Of a stretch of 64,000 nucleotides of DNA, positions 37,451 to 51,459 are shown piece by piece. Source of the stretch: Dromaius novaehollandiae (taxonomy: Eukaryota); assembly GCF_036370855.1 (NCBI RefSeq), contig NC_088098.1, forward strand, positions 200,055,336 through 200,119,335, written 5' to 3'. The translations under genes and the position numbers were made by a program. How positions within the stretch are numbered: position 1 is the first letter of the stretch; every line of letters starts with the position of its first letter. The notes below the pieces were generated by a model. The model was not told the origin of the DNA. It searched no databases and worked only from the letters and a program-made list of their open reading frames with translations.

Positions 37451-40127
37451 GAAAAAAACTCACTTATTCCCCCTCACAGATCCACCTTACCTTTGCCTTC
37501 AACTGAAGCAAACAAACCGCTCTATCAGAGAAAACTCTTGAATGTTTAAGTGTTGAATCAACCACCACAGGCTGCCAAACAATTACTTATGCAAGCCTTC
37601 CTGACGCAGCTATCTGGAAATCACTGAGTAAACAGCTAACTTTGAGAACCAAGTAAGAAATGAACACAAAAGCGCATAAATATGCTTGGCTTGTGTACAA
37701 CTAGTCTGAGCTACGAAATGGGCTCCATACAGAGGCAATCTGCCACCCAGAGTTCTCACAAGTGAAAGACATGTTACATATCCTATAGCCTTCTTTCTAT
37801 AGCATTATCATTGCAGATCCATCACAAGAAACGATCAGTTTGGAATAACCTTCAGACTTCAAGGTTTTCTCCTTGAATTCCATATGTGCTGCCTCCCATT
37901 CCAAAGTAAGAGTAAACTTACTGACATTGCCACATGCAATTACTGCCACTTCTCAGCGAGTTAGCCTCCCCGGAGCACCGTGCTCACCTAGTCATATTGC
38001 CTCATATGTGTTCAGAGCTGGCCTGGGTATCCCTAAACAGCACTACATGCAGAAGGGTAAGCATATCCCAAATGCAATTCCAGCTGTTCTAATAGTAAGT
38101 TTAAATTATTGCCCTGTCTCTTTCCTCCTTGCATATGCTTGTCTTCACAAACGGGATGTTCAGCGAGAAGAGGAGAAAAATGAAACAAATGAGCTATGGA
38201 GAACTAGAGAAATCTATACACACCAGAAAACAAAAAGAAGCTACAAATAAAAAAAAAAAAACCTGAAACATCATTCCAGCTATAAGAAATGGAAAAAGAA
38301 ATCCACACTACTTAAATTGTAAATGTTACACTAATATAAAAGCAACATATGCATTTGTTTGCAGGCCACAGGCAGACATCTAAGTATAGCTGAATTGCAA
38401 GATATCTTAGTGACAACAATAAAACATTTTAATTTGGCTTTCAACTTTTAATAAAGCTGTTTAACTTTACAAGGTGTATTCAAAATTATATGTAATACAA
38501 AAAAGTGTTACCAGGGTTTAGTTATATTCCTGAATTAAGATAAGAAAATCTATTTACTTCTTGCTGAACCCCTCCCCAAATATCTGTTTCTATTCCTCAG
38601 TAGAAATCCAGTTTTCCCTTTTCAAAACAAAACTTTCTATTTAACAGTCTTTTCATCGTGATCAGTAATAACAAATTACTAATGAAAAAATAAACATTGA
38701 TTACTGGTTTTCATGCATATAATCCATGGGTTATTTTTTGAAAAAGACAGCAAAGTAGGTGCAGCAGCATTATCTCCTTATCAGCCTTATCTCCCCCAAC
38801 AGGCTTACCAACTTTTTCTTTGTCTGACTCCTTCCTAATAGTCCCTGTAGCTCTGATTCCCCATTACCGATTATCTGAGTATTTGTTTTCAAATCACAGT
38901 ACTTCCAAAGAGAAGACTTCTCTAAAGTGCAGGTTAAACTATAAAAATGGTATTTATTTTCTTATTATGAGGGAATGGGAAACTCATACTAACCACTTTA
39001 GAAAGATTTGATAGTTAAATACCTTGCAAGTATGATGCAGAAGTTTCATCTCCAACTTTTGAATCAATTATGTTTCAAAAGTTATCATGCTAATCAGTAT
39101 TTAGTCTTTAGACAATTATGCTAAACAGCAGTGTTACACAGATTGTTACTTATTTCAGGTGATGAATGCATGACAAATATCATAAACTCCAGCCGTTTAA
39201 GGTGAAATACTAAAGCCCATAATTTTGTTACACAAATTCTGTATTTCCAGATTTATTATATATATATAAAATGCACAGCACATTTACCCAGGTATGTAGG
39301 ATGCTAGGTCTTCTTTAACTAGCTGACAGTTAATACTACAGCATCTTCCAGGAACAGCAGAGGAGTCGAAGAGCTCAACAGATAAAAAGTTATTTTCTAA
39401 AATTTCTGTGAATGAAGAATATAAACATAATTAGCACCAAACACTGCTAGTAAAAAGACCGTTAATGGTTTTGGAGACAAGGTAAATGGTTAGGAAGAGA
39501 ACAAACATTGTAAAATTGTATCTGATTTATAAAATAATTCAACCATGAATATCAATAGTCTAGAAGCTTAGCTTTGCACGCATCTGTAAAATTAACTTGA
39601 AAGACACCAATAAGTATGGTATGAACATCTTGTTTATTCACTATAAATACGTATGTACAAAAAACAACTGCTGCATGTAATTTCACTTATCATTCCACAG
39701 CTGTAGAAAAATAACCACCTACACATTAACAATAAATGGTATTGAGAGAAAACCTACTAAGGCACATGGGTGTTACTGAACTTCATTTTTTGGGTATGTT
39801 TAAGAGCAGCAGTGGTCACATTCATAGCTCCCAATGAAGTCGGGGAGAGTCAAGGACGACCACCACCCTTAGAAACAAGCCAGTTTTAATAAACCAATTA
39901 ATACTGGTGTGGCTCATAAGAGAAGATAGATACAGCCTCTGACAAAAAGCTGTTTCTATCTCCTTCAGTTACTTTGTGTTTTGATACTCTCACTCCAGGC
40001 TACTTGTCACAAGTATGAGCGTCAGAATTTCAAATAAACACTACTGAACATATGAAAGTGCACATTTTTATTTCTGAATTAATTTAAGAATATTCAAATA
40101 AAGACTGACACACTCTTGATAACTTAC

Positions 40128-40248
40128 TAACAACTGAACATAGCATAAGTTTATCTTCAGTCATTTCTTCAAACCTTTCCTTGGCTGCTCTAGTCCATTC
40201 ATTTGCTCCTTTATAAGGCTCAATGTTAGCCAGCTTGCTCCTGATTGC
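40128..40248 (-). CDS. RNF17: RNF17 exon, SN-like C-flank of eTudor-2: 'AIRSKLANIEPYKGANEWTRAAKERFEEMTEDKLMLCSVV'
   Basis: Acceptor attattctttag|GCA, donor GTTGTTA|GTAAGT. 'EW..AA..F' motif. Unresolved exons must flank it on both sides (42.8-40.3 kb and 40.1-35.9 kb). Confidence 0.5.
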
Positions 40249-42335
40249 CTAAAGAATAATTCAAAATACATATTTGCCATCACATATCAAGACCATCCCT
40301 TTACAGCCAAATCACAGCCTTTGTTGTGTGCCTGTGCAGGACAGCGAGACAGCATGACCTTGGCCTCCATTTCCACATTATCAGTCCTTGATCTGATTTA
40401 AGATGTTCTCCACATGGTCCCTTCACAGCCTGCAGCAGAACATGAACCTCAAATTCAGATTATGTTCTTGCTGAAATAGAAAGTGCTTTACTTCTCCCTG
40501 ACTCCCTTTATGGTTAGGTATAGAATTGGCTGCAAAAGTCAAGAATGACTACTACAGAGAAGTGAAAAAGAAAACCTTCATCTGGTTTTGTGGATCTGAA
40601 TGTCATACAGAGGCTCAAATCATTTAAGGTTAGGATGATTACAGCACTGCGCAAGTCTGAAAGACTATATGCAGACACCTCAATTCCACAGTAATTATGT
40701 CAGAAAATTCCCAAAGAAAGTTTGAAAAGGTATTAATTGGGATACATGTAAAAAGACAGGAAATCTGACAAAATGCAGTACTTTGAAACAAAGATTAAAA
40801 CAAAAAAGTTCTTGTTTTAAACAAACTGTCACGTCAAAAATAAGAGGAGTAACAAAGGTGGAGGACAAGGGAGAGAAAAGAAACAGGGTAACAGAAATAA
40901 GCGTATTTTGTGCAGATATTCTTAGGATACAAGCAGTCAGGAACAGGAAAATGAGGCAGGCTGATAAATTAGATAATCTTTGAAAAAAAGGGCTGTGGAT
41001 GCTCAGGCCAGCTCACATTACACAGTTCTGCCCTTTCCAGTCTTGGCAAGACTTCTGCACCACCCAATTCTGTTAAAATGGCTGTAAAATGGGCTGAAAG
41101 AAGTCCAGTTTTTCTTATAACAGTCTAATTCAAATCTCTTGTTAACCGACTTACATTTGGGACAATATAATGTGATCATGTGATAAAGACTTGTCAATGC
41201 CTACATACCACAAGACAGACTTGTAAAAGCCACCTCAACTCTATTTCGTACCTTCAGAAGACTTGATTTTGCAGTCTCGTGTTCATTCACATTTCAAGGA
41301 ATTTTAAACCCTTCATAAATTATTCTTTTTAAAAAAATGAAAAGGTATGAAAGCATAGCAACACAGAAGCACATTAAGTCTTGGAGATCTCCCTACTACT
41401 TGAATTTGAAGAGCTAATAGCAATAGAAAGTTATTTCTTACGCAAACTTTAGGTTTAAACACCTGTCATCTGAAGTATACTATGAAACACTTTGGCAAGA
41501 AGAACATGGAAGTGTGACAGCTGACTGGCTCGAGGTTTTGTAAACCGTTCTCTAGTGGTTATATATCCTTCTGCACCTGTACTCTTTAGTCCCTTCTCCT
41601 TTATGCTGAAAGTGAGGAGACCAAGTAGTATGTGTTTAATGGCTGACAAACTCCTAACGGATTTTTCTGAGGATGTGTTTGGCCAATAACAAGCAACCAA
41701 CTGCAATGATGGGATAACGCACATCAACTCAACAGCCTTATTCATTAATCATTCTGACAGGAAGCATCAAAACACTGCAACTGCAAGAACCCTTTACCGT
41801 TTTCAGAGCATTTCCTCTCCCTTGCTGTCAAAAACAGCTGAATGATTTTGGCTGAAACTTTCCCCAGCAAGATCTGTTCAAAATATAAACAACTAAACCC
41901 TGTTTCAGTAACTAGTATTGGTTAACCTTAGTTGTAATAATCACTACTTATGGTGTCTACAGGTTAAGAAAAAACACCCACTGACACAAAGTTTTTCAGT
42001 TTAGTATGGTTCTAGTTGCCAACTGTAATTATCTACTGAACAGCTGAAGAAAAATATTTTTTTCTACTTATGTGCGTTTTTATTTGACAAAAAAAACATG
42101 CTTTGCCTTTTCCTTTCCCATTCAGATTTGCCCATTCTCAAAAACACTTCTACAAGATGCGGCATTAACCCCAAACTCTAAATGCCTTAGAAAGACCCCA
42201 CAAAAACAAAACAAAAAACAGAACTCCAAGAGCATTATTAGATCATTGTTTGAAAGCTAAAGAATGTAAAAATTAGTCGGGCTACCTATAGAATAGGAGA
42301 AGGTATTAAAACAAGCAAACACCCCCCCCCCCCCA

Positions 42336-42349
42336 AACACCCCACAAAA
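42336..42349. repeat. (C)14 homopolymer in an RNF17 intron
   Basis: Direct reading. Confidence 0.9.
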
Positions 42350-42824
42350 CCCAAGGTAAACTCCAGATTTCATTCAAAACCAAGTAACATCACAGAAAGT
42401 TCTCAGCTTGCACCTAAAACACATTTCAAAAGGGTTTATGATGAGGCACTTGAAAAGAAACTGTAACAACCTCTTACCTGCTTAACATTTTATTTACTTC
42501 AGAATGTGCAGAATCCTCTCTTTCCCCCTTCCATCCTCTGAGAGTCTATTTATTTTCAGTATTTATTACGAGCAAGCATTAACTTACCTTTTCTGGAAAG
42601 CTCAGAAATTCCTTTTTTACTTTGCATACGTCTTTAAGACTTATCTTAGCAATGTTGCCAAAGTCAACATATTTTACCACAACTTCCTGAAGACTCGGCA
42701 GCCCTTCAAGAAGAACAACCCAGAAACCATAACATTAGATAACCTTTTAAGTTACTAAAACAGAAAATAAATATTGTATACAAAAATTGGATACAGATAA
42801 AAAAATTGTGTCTTAAAGGAAAAT

Positions 42825-42935
42825 CCACATTTACATTCTATAAAAGCATGAAATGTCACATTTTGAAGTATTTTATATCCCAATTCAAAACTATAGTCTT
42901 TAAAAGCCATCTCTGTGGGATTCCTGAAGTGATAC
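42825..42935 (-). CDS. RNF17: RNF17 Tudor-2 core second half: '(V)LTLYHFRNPTEMAFKDYSFELGYKILQNVTFHAFIE(C)'
   Basis: Degenerate 'F.DY..E....L' motif. The acceptor acaaag|TG gives the 2 bases the upstream phase-1 donor needs. Donor GAAT|GTAAAT. The acceptor has a weak polypyrimidine tract. Confidence 0.45.
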
Positions 42936-43574
42936 AGAGTTAACACTTTGTTCCGCTATCATCTTGTAATTTTACAAGAGACACACTGGATGTTAAATAC
43001 ATGCCAAGTATACAAGAAAGTACACATACAGGCTTGTTAAATACACCACACTACTCATAATGACAGCTTAAGATGTCATCGTAGCTTTCATTTTACAAAC
43101 GGCTTTGGAATTGCTACAGGGATAATGGGTTGCTATCTATCCCTGGAATTTAAGTGCTGTGGGCATTTTGTTCAATTCTCTTCTACACAGTTTACACTCA
43201 GATTGGATATACTGTACACTAAAGTTTTAATAAGTAAAATATTATTAACAATAACTATATAATGGAATTTCAATAGTATACAGAAAATGAAATGTACTGC
43301 CTCTCCTTAATTCCTAAAAAAATAATATATAAAACCACAATCCATTAATAGCAGAAAAAGAGACCATAACATGCACTAGTATGATGAAATTTATGAAGCT
43401 AGCTGTTGGTATAAAAATTTCCTATAATCACTGTTTGTTACTACTCATATCCAGTGTGTGACTCTGATACAGTGACATTTCTAATTTTGCAACTTAACAT
43501 TACAGTGGGGGGGGGGGGGAAACAGTACTTTACAGTGGGAAGGGGAAGGAAAATAAATAAATAAAAAACTTCAC

Positions 43575-43728
43575 CTATAATCTGCGCTCTGCACCAAATT
43601 CCATCTTTGTATTTTGCAATACAGGCTTGCCCTTCAACTGGGCAGACAATCTCCAAATTTTCCCTATCCTTATGTTTGTATATCTCCTCAATTTTCTTTG
43701 GAAGAGCTAAAAAGTCCAGGCTATCCAT
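43575..43728 (-). CDS. RNF17: RNF17 Tudor-2 core first half: 'MDSLDFLALPKKIEEIYKHKDRENLEIVCPVEGQACIAKYKDGIWCRAQII(G)'
   Basis: Tudor signature 'GQACIAKYKDGIWCRAQI'. Acceptor cttgttttag|ATG, donor ATAG|GTGAAG. Top of track ORF 43441..43728(-). Confidence 0.75.
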
Positions 43729-44128
43729 CTAAAACAAGAAAAACAAAGCCTCCTGTGATACACGTACATTAGGCTAAGAACATTCGGAATTTTCATAATG
43801 ATTTTTTTTAATGGATGTTTTATCTAATAGTGCACTTCCTTAACATCCTCCCAAATTAAATGGTGATCATGAACATGCAAAGTGAACTTAAGAACCTAAC
43901 AACTGTTTAATTTTGCCTTGTTCAGTCATCACACTAAACAGTAACACTCCATGTACCCACATAGCAATTAAGCATGTAACAAAACAATGACCAGAAAAAG
44001 AAGTTAACTTTTTTAGAATTTTGCTAAAGACTAATGGAAGTCTGAAGTCATTAAACGTGGACTCTAAATAGTTCAACATTTAAATAAACCTTTGTACAAA
44101 TATTAACAGAACTACTTTCTAAACTTAC

Positions 44129-44267
44129 CAATTGGAGATAAAAATCACTAGGACTATTAATATGACAAACTGCAACAGAGACTTCTTCTGTTTCTTGTGG
44201 TATTTTAGGTGGACTATATTGCAAGATTACATTATTTTCTAATTCACTGGGAAGCTGTGATCCAAAC
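44129..44267 (-). CDS. RNF17: RNF17 eTudor-2 N-terminal flank: '(R)[46 protein letters not shown]'
   Basis: Motif '[15 protein letters not shown]'. Acceptor tttactttag|G, donor CAATTG|GTAAGT. Confidence 0.7.
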
Positions 44268-45336
44268 CTAAAGTAAACAAAAAGAGATTTTGAATAAATT
44301 CTGCCAAAGTTAACTAAGCAGGAAGCCTTTTATATCCAGATGTGAAGTTTCCCATGAAAAATGCAGAACAGTCTCTTAAAAATAAGATCATCTACATTTG
44401 TATGAATAGTCTGAACTTCCCTTCTTGCAGTCAGTGCAACCAATCTTCTCTACCTTAGTGCTTCTCCCTCCACCAATGTAATGCAGCGGCTGGCCTTAAA
44501 ACAGATTTTGTCACTGTGCATTTAAATCATTTAAAATTAAAGTAGAAGTCTAGAACTCATTATATTGACAAAACCATTTTGAGATTTCCTTTCCTTCACT
44601 TGTAAGAAAAAAAAAAAGTGATTACCAGAGGAATGTAGATAGAGTAAAAAATAAATTGCCTCTCACTGATCTCTCCAAGATAAGTAAATATTTGCAAATA
44701 TAAATAAGTAAGCTGCTCTGTGTGCAGCAGAATGAACTCCTACAGATTTCCTACAGATTTGCATACCATACCCCTGCACCCAAATGCCAAATCTAACACT
44801 CATGTTCTTCTCTATCTCCTGCCTGTGGACCTCCACTGGTCCCCCCAAAGCAGCTCTCTCGCCTGGCCTGATGCCAACAAGCAGCTCTCCTTATGCCCTG
44901 TCTTTAGTTATTTGTTGAGCTAGGTGCATCACATCACGTGACTAGCTGACAGCCAAACGCGTTGACTAGCCTGGCTGTCACCAGCCAAACCAAAAAGACA
45001 AAGGCTGATTTTTGCATGCTTTTGTGTCAGTGGGGGCCACTAATAGTTTCTCCTTTTACCCCCTTGCCATTAATCTCAAACCTATACAGGAACTTAACTC
45101 ATTTCAGGAAAATGACAAAAATTAAGATCTGTTATCCAAATAAAACCCTGAGTAGTGAAAATGAACATGCAACAATGTTTATTAGCAAAGGTATAAAAAG
45201 TTAGGTTCAGATATTGCTGAAGATTTATTAATCCCAACCACTGCAAAAAAAATTTGCTTGGTAAGCTTCTTCATTTTAGAAGTATTATGCAATTATCATT
45301 GACAGCATGAGAGCATAAACTAAAGAAAACATGTAC

Positions 45337-45527
45337 CTTGCCAAGTCTAAAAAAACTAATGCATCCTTGAGAGACACTGGCATGTTATTGCTTATTTCGT
45401 TAAATGGAGGTTTTTTCAGATCCACAATGAGCACACCGTCCTCTTCTCTAAATATGCTCATTAAAACAACCTTATTATTTACCATTTTTAAAAATTCTGT
45501 CTTTGCTTCCTGTCCCCAACCTTCACT
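45337..45527 (-). CDS. RNF17: RNF17 eTudor-1 C-terminal flank part 2: '[63 protein letters not shown](R)'
   Basis: Acceptor ttaacacag|AGT (phase 0), donor GCAAG|GTACAT (phase 2). 'W...A...F' and terminal '...FLDLAR' are typical of eTudor ends. Confidence 0.7.
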
Positions 45528-46706
45528 CTGTGTTAAGCAGAAAGAAAAAAAGTTATTCAAGATGTCTGGGACTTCCAAATCAGAGACAGGTGAAGCAGAG
45601 CAAGGAAGTGAGTACATACACACCTGTACAGATGACACACTGAACCCACCTATGAAACCTATTAAGATTGTGTAGTCCATAGCCTGGATAACACAATACA
45701 GTATTCTTCGTGATGGATTTATAAATGTTTTTAACTATATCAAATTGAGTCAGAGCAAAGGGTTGTAATTTGTACCATCCTCTCTCTAAGCTCATTACTT
45801 CCAATATTCCTGATGACTACAATTGTCACATGCAGTTTTATCTCACTACTCACATTTTTGCCCTCCTATGCTGTCTGGAAAGTTCATTCTTTCCCTTTTG
45901 TATCTTTAAACAAGTGTACAACATGCTATAGCTGTTCACTCAACTTCAAATCTGCGTTTTTTTAGGTTAAGATCCAAGCCCACAAGGGGGGACATTTTAT
46001 CCAGATTGGTGAAGTTTGTTCCAGGTCTATCCTATTTAAAGCTATTTCAGATAATCTCAGACTAGTAAAAGACACCAGCAGTTACACTGTCAGAAATACA
46101 CAGCTGTGTTGGACATACACTTTCCCCTGTGAATGCTTCGAAAATAAAAATAACCCAGTAAGAGTGAACACTGAAGAAAAAAAGCTGCAATTTATGTCCT
46201 TTCCTAGTGGAATAAAAGCTGAAAGTTTTAAATTTGGTTTTATACTAAAAGAAGAAAACAAATGACATTTTTTAACATAGGGCACAAGATTTTAAGTAAT
46301 AAAGGACAACGCCAACAGGCTCCCTGAATAACTAATGCCATTACTTCTCTATTATTTTTCAAAGTTGCTATTTGCATGAAACTATCAGACAGCCATAAAA
46401 TAAAAACTTCAGTTCTATAATTTGTTTTTGATCTTGACAAAAGAACATCTCTACAAAAAAAGGTAACGAGATTTAAGCCTGCAATGTATCACTGTAAACA
46501 CAGGCTTTTTAAAGACAGACATCTGTAAGCTTGTTTGCTTTCTAGCTATATTTAATATAAAATATATTTATATACACTCTTTACCGCTCTTGGGGTTTTT
46601 CTGTCCATACTAGAAGATTATTGTAAATTATGCATTTAAATTCTTTGACATACATTCTCAGCAGAAAAAAAGTTCTCATGAAATAGCAGGAACAGCTTTT
46701 ACTTAC

Positions 46707-46878
46707 TGCATTTTTGGGAACAATATCCTTCAACGAACACAGTACTGCTAAAGGAGGAATAGCTGCAAGTTGTGCTTCTATATGCTGATCAGGCTTTCTT
46801 ACATACAAACAAACATCATCTGTGTCAATAATCTGCAAAGCAGCAGTTTCGGGCCTTTCAACAGGAATGTATTTTTTG
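46707..46878 (-). CDS. RNF17: RNF17 eTudor-1 C-terminal flank part 1: '(S)KKYIPVERPETAALQIIDTDDVCLYVRKPDQHIEAQLAAIPPLAVLCSLKDIVPKNA'
   Basis: Acceptor ttcccactag|C, donor GCA|GTAAGT. SN-like 'P.LAV.CSL' motif. Confidence 0.7.
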
Positions 46879-47113
46879 CTAGTGGGAATAAAAGCAGTAT
46901 TAATTTGAAAGAAGAGCAAAACCAAACTTTATTATATAAATTGCCATAATGTCATGAGATTAAAACAGATCTAGAAAGTTCAGTGCCTGAATAAAATGCA
47001 TTTCTTGTTCTTAAACTTGTATTGCAGAAAGAGAACGTGCAAGTCCGGAATGTTTAACTTACACATTTTAACATGTGAAAGTTAGTTCATTTGTGTACTT
47101 GCACACATCTCCA

Positions 47114-47143
47114 CTTTTTTTTTTTTTTTTTTTTTTTTTTGAG
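47114..47143. repeat. (T)30 followed by (GA)5 in an RNF17 intron
   Basis: Direct reading. Confidence 0.9.
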
Positions 47144-47306
47144 AGAGAGACATGTTATGTGAAGAATACTAGCGTCATCTGGATATTTGTTATCAGCTTG
47201 TGTGAAGCTTATTTACTGATTAAGGATTTGTTTCTTAGTAGAGATCCTCTTGAGAAACTAAAGTCAAAGGACAATGACTGCAGACAAACACTCTCTGTAA
47301 ACACAC

Positions 47307-47496
47307 CTTGAAAAAATCAGAATTTCAGAACTCCCAAAATCTATCAGGAATACTTCCATCACTGCAATATCACAAACTTTGTATCCTACTGGACCACAAG
47401 GCTTCCTCACATTTTTACTGTTTAGAGGAACTAGTTCAGTGATAGTTCCACGGCACCACATTCCAGTTTCTTTACTCTTAATATAAGTTCTAGCAC
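47307..47496 (-). CDS. RNF17: RNF17 Tudor-1 core: '(G)ARTYIKSKETGMWCRGTITELVPLNSKNVRKPCGPVGYKVCDIAVMEVFLIDFGSSEILIFS(S)'
   Basis: Tudor signature 'G..C.A.....WCRG.I...' followed by 'V.V.FIDFG..E.L'. Acceptor ttttctatag|GT, donor TCAAG|GTGTGT. Confidence 0.75.
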
Positions 47497-48706
47497 CTAT
47501 AGAAAAGCAAAGGAAAAACAGACTAAATTCAGAATTTATAGATATAGGTAAGTACTGCTATTACAGTTCTATTTAATGGTCTACTGCTTCCACTCTTTTG
47601 CAGAGGCAGAAAAGTGCTACCTCTAAAATAGCGATACAAAGACATTAAAAACCTTGTCTTGATATCCAATAGAAGTTTTGTCCCCATGTTCATTTACACA
47701 ATGTCTATACAGCTAGGAGGTGGTGGGCTTGCATTACAGAATATTTCTGGTAAACTTTCTATGCCTATTACTGAAACACCCAAACCCATGAAAGTCTAAT
47801 TTATTTGCAAGTAGTTCAGTCAAGTTCACATAAAAAAAACCTTTATGAGAAAACTTTAAAAATCTCTGCAGTGATCCTAACCAGGAAGACTATTGTACAT
47901 TGAAGATTTAGAGATCCACAGAACAGCTGACCTGAGCAGGCACAGGCCTGCGCTGTGCTGCACATAACCCTTGGCTGCAGGATAAACTTGACCAGCTAAC
48001 TGTAACAGAGGAACCTGTAGGCAGCTCCCACTTGGCATCGATGATTATACCACTTGTGTCCTAGTCTTTAACCAAAAGTGAAGCAGCATGTTCTCATGTG
48101 AGCATCCCTTTGCTTGACAGTATGAATGAATACAGTTGTTTTATTCTAAGAAAAACCTGTAAGAGCTCTGAAGACCAAAATGCTGGTGAACCTCACCATG
48201 GACAGGATCTACACAGAGCACCATGTCCTGATTAAGAGGTCTGTCCAATTCTGTAGCATCTTGGGGTTCCCACCATCAGAAAGGACATAAGATTTTAACT
48301 GCTAATCTTATATTCCACTTCTGTCTCTGAATATTCTGATTAAGCATCGTATTATATGTAAAGATTTCAGTGGGCACTCTTTCCTACTGAGATCCGGAAA
48401 GAACCAGCATCTACCTGGTGCACAACCCAACATCAAAACGTTTAGAACTAAATATTCCACAAGTTCCCTACTTCTGCATAACATACCCTAGCTCAAATTT
48501 AGTTTCCAAATTTTACAAAAAAATGTATTACTAGAATAAAACTACTGATACATTCCAAGGTAATATTCAACTTTACTGTCTACTCAGACTATTAAGTAAT
48601 TTTTTTTTTAAGTTTTCTAAACACCTTCTAGAAGTGAGTACTAAGGAAGAAATACTGCAAGATGGTATTTTAAGCTAATGTAGGCCTTTAGAAATGACTG
48701 ATTTAC

Positions 48707-48868
48707 CTAGTTCCAGAACATCTGAAGGCGAAAGATAGGAACTCACACTACGACAAAAGTTTTTCAATTTCTTCTCCAAAAAACCTGCTACTTTCTTCTG
48801 TGAGTATCTCCGAATATAGAAGTGGCATGGATTTATAACGTGGCTTACAAACACGAGTTCTGTCGAGC
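48707..48868 (-). CDS. RNF17: RNF17 eTudor-1 N-terminal flank: '(G)[53 protein letters not shown](G)'
   Basis: Carries the eTudor N-motif 'V.VSHV.NP..FYI'. Acceptor tcttgttcag|GC, donor CTAG|GTAAAT. Phases fit both sides. Confidence 0.7.
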
Positions 48869-51204
48869 CTGAACAAGACACAAACAAATGTCAAACACAG
48901 TCCAAGTGACATCAATAGATACTATTATACATATATGATTAGGTTTACCTTGCATAAGTCATGATGACACTTCTCATTACCTCAAATAGTTTAATCTCAC
49001 AGCAATCTGCTCACATTTGTTTCAAACTAATTATCACATTCATTTCTGCGATGAAATCCTCCCTTTGGAACAAAGAGCAACATCTACCTCGAGTCACTTC
49101 ACAAAACACAAAAAGTTCACTGTCTCACTGCCTACAAAGTAGGCTCCTGAACTAAGGTGGGTAATTCACAGCTTGTATTCTATTTAAGCAGAGAAGCAAG
49201 AAAGTGAATTAGCGAGCCTGAGTGAGACATCTGCCTTTAACAATAGGAATCATAAGCACTTTTGTATAGCTGTTCAGTGCTACTGCATGAAGATCAAGGA
49301 ACATTTAAAAGCCAGCCAACAGACAACTCTCGATAAAAAGGTACTTTTGACTAAGCATCCGTATTATTTGTACTGCAGGTACCTCCCTTGATTAGGGATC
49401 CAAAAGGGGGGATCCTCTTTTGAAGCTAGTCACCAAAGGTGGTGCATGGATCAGGACAGTTCAGAAGTGGTGTCAATTCCTACATGAGTATTTTAAACCA
49501 CAAACTTTCTGCAAAGAATGGACAGCATCATCACTGCAAAGCAGATGCAATCTGTACTAGAACTTGTGTAATGTAAGTGACTGATCTGGGCACAGCTAAC
49601 AGACAGATCTGCAGCATTCTACAACATAATCATCTCTTGTGCCCGTCTCTGAACTAGAACTGATCATGGGCAAGGGATGGCATAACGTATTTGGCATTCA
49701 AGACATTCTGAGCATGTAGACACAGGACCATGCTTGCAAGCTTAGGAAATTCAGTGCCCAGAACAGAGATTAAGATTAGTCTTAGGTGTCTCCAGTGGTT
49801 AAGACAGTAGTACGTAAGTCTGAATGACTTGTAAGATTCAAGCTACAGGCACACAAACTCTTCTGGCTCATCCCTGCTGGAGGTAACCATCTCCAACAAT
49901 CTGCTGATTCAGTTAGTCTGTCTTAAGTAAACTAAGAAAAGCATATATTAACAGCTTCTTCAATAGATCAGTGGAGTCTGAACTCTCCAGCACAAGAGAT
50001 GGTGATAGGAGCTAGGGCAGTTCTAGATCACTAGTACCAGATGGATCCAGAAGAAATGGCTGAAGTCTGTTTGCATTTATGCAGTAAAAATATGTTCCTT
50101 CAAGTAACCTCCACCTTACCCACCTCCAGCAAACCACAAATGGCTGAAAAGGATTTGAAAGATTTATCAAAAATGTATCTGTCTGATAACTAACTCTACT
50201 AGCAGGAGAGAATAAAAGACTTGTTCCATCACACTTACCCATCATAACAGGTGAGTGCGCGCTAAAGCTTTGCTTCAGCATAGGTGTTAAGAGAATTTCT
50301 CTAACTACTTATTTCCATAGAACTCCTTATGAACATTAACTGTTTGAATTCTCCAATACTCTATCAAGTCTCATTAAGACTGACCAATGAATTCTCAAGT
50401 TACAGGAGAGAAACCGGCAGGGGAAAGGGGAGAGCGCATTTGTATGATCTTGAGGTAATAAAACACAGAAATGCGATTTCCTTGATCTCTTTCCTCTGCT
50501 AATATTGTTTTGTTTCCTAGAGTAATACACATCTTTTTGTGGCAGTATTTTCTACATCAATTTCTTCCTCTATAAGCATCTTAGGTCAGTTTCTTTCTTT
50601 CCCAACACTGCAATCTCTACTCTTCAACTTTTATTACTACTATCACACTTACCAATGAACAACTGTTCAAAGCACTGCACAAATTCTGCCTACAGAATCT
50701 GTGCAGGAAATATGTTATTCCCTCAAATTATGCTCTCCCTACCAATGTTGAGTTTCTGAAAGTTGCCTGTATTGCAGCTGCAAACTAAGGGGGTTTATGG
50801 TAAATCTTAAAGACTGCACCTACATTAGCAAGGGGCACACAACAATGAGCTGATCTGCAGAGCAACACAGCTGGTATCACAAATAACATCCACACTATAA
50901 GCACCTTCCAGACTAGTTTTATCTGGAAGGAATTCAGTTCACATGTCCCAAGACTGCTTTTACAGAGGAGCAAAAACATGGTAACTAGGAAAGATCAGAC
51001 TATATGCTTCATAATGCATTCCTGATCCCGACTAGTATGTGTCCAACTCTCCAATTAATTTCAGTGTCTTCTCTACCAGCTCCTTAGAAAACGACTCTCT
51101 TTAACATCAGATCGCAGTCAGACTTAGTTAAATAAAAAAAAAAAATTACAACAAGCAACTACCACCACAAACTAAACCATTTACCAGGTAGGAAAAGCAC
51201 TAAC

Positions 51205-51282
51205 CAGCTTTGTGTTCAAAAGGTGTTTTCTTCTTGAAGAGTTTCTTCCTCTGTTCATCTTCAAGACATTCTGCGGGAAGTT
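51205..51282 (-). CDS. RNF17: RNF17 exon: '(E)LPAECLEDEQRKKLFKKKTPFEHKA(G)'
   Basis: Acceptor acaaacag|AA, donor AAAGCTG|GTTAGT. Phase 1 both sides, consistent with neighbours. Confidence 0.55.
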
Positions 51283-51459
51283 CTGTTTGTTTATTGTTTT
51301 AAAAGAAATTTAATGAATTATGTTAGTTAATGTATGTACACATATAGGCAAATATGTTAAAGAGAAATTAAGAATGTTGTAAGGGTACTGAGGAGGAAAA
51401 AAATTTTCATATCTGATGTGACTGAAACAGATGCACACTCAGTGAAACATGCACATGGC

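Noticed and set aside
41455-41745. 96-aa minus ORF ('MNKAVELMCVIPSLQLVACYW...') considered as an RNF17 exon
   Set aside because: There is an in-frame stop just upstream of any usable acceptor, and no phase-compatible acceptor. The peptide lacks convincing eTudor motifs. At least one real exon in 42.8-40.3 kb remains unidentified.
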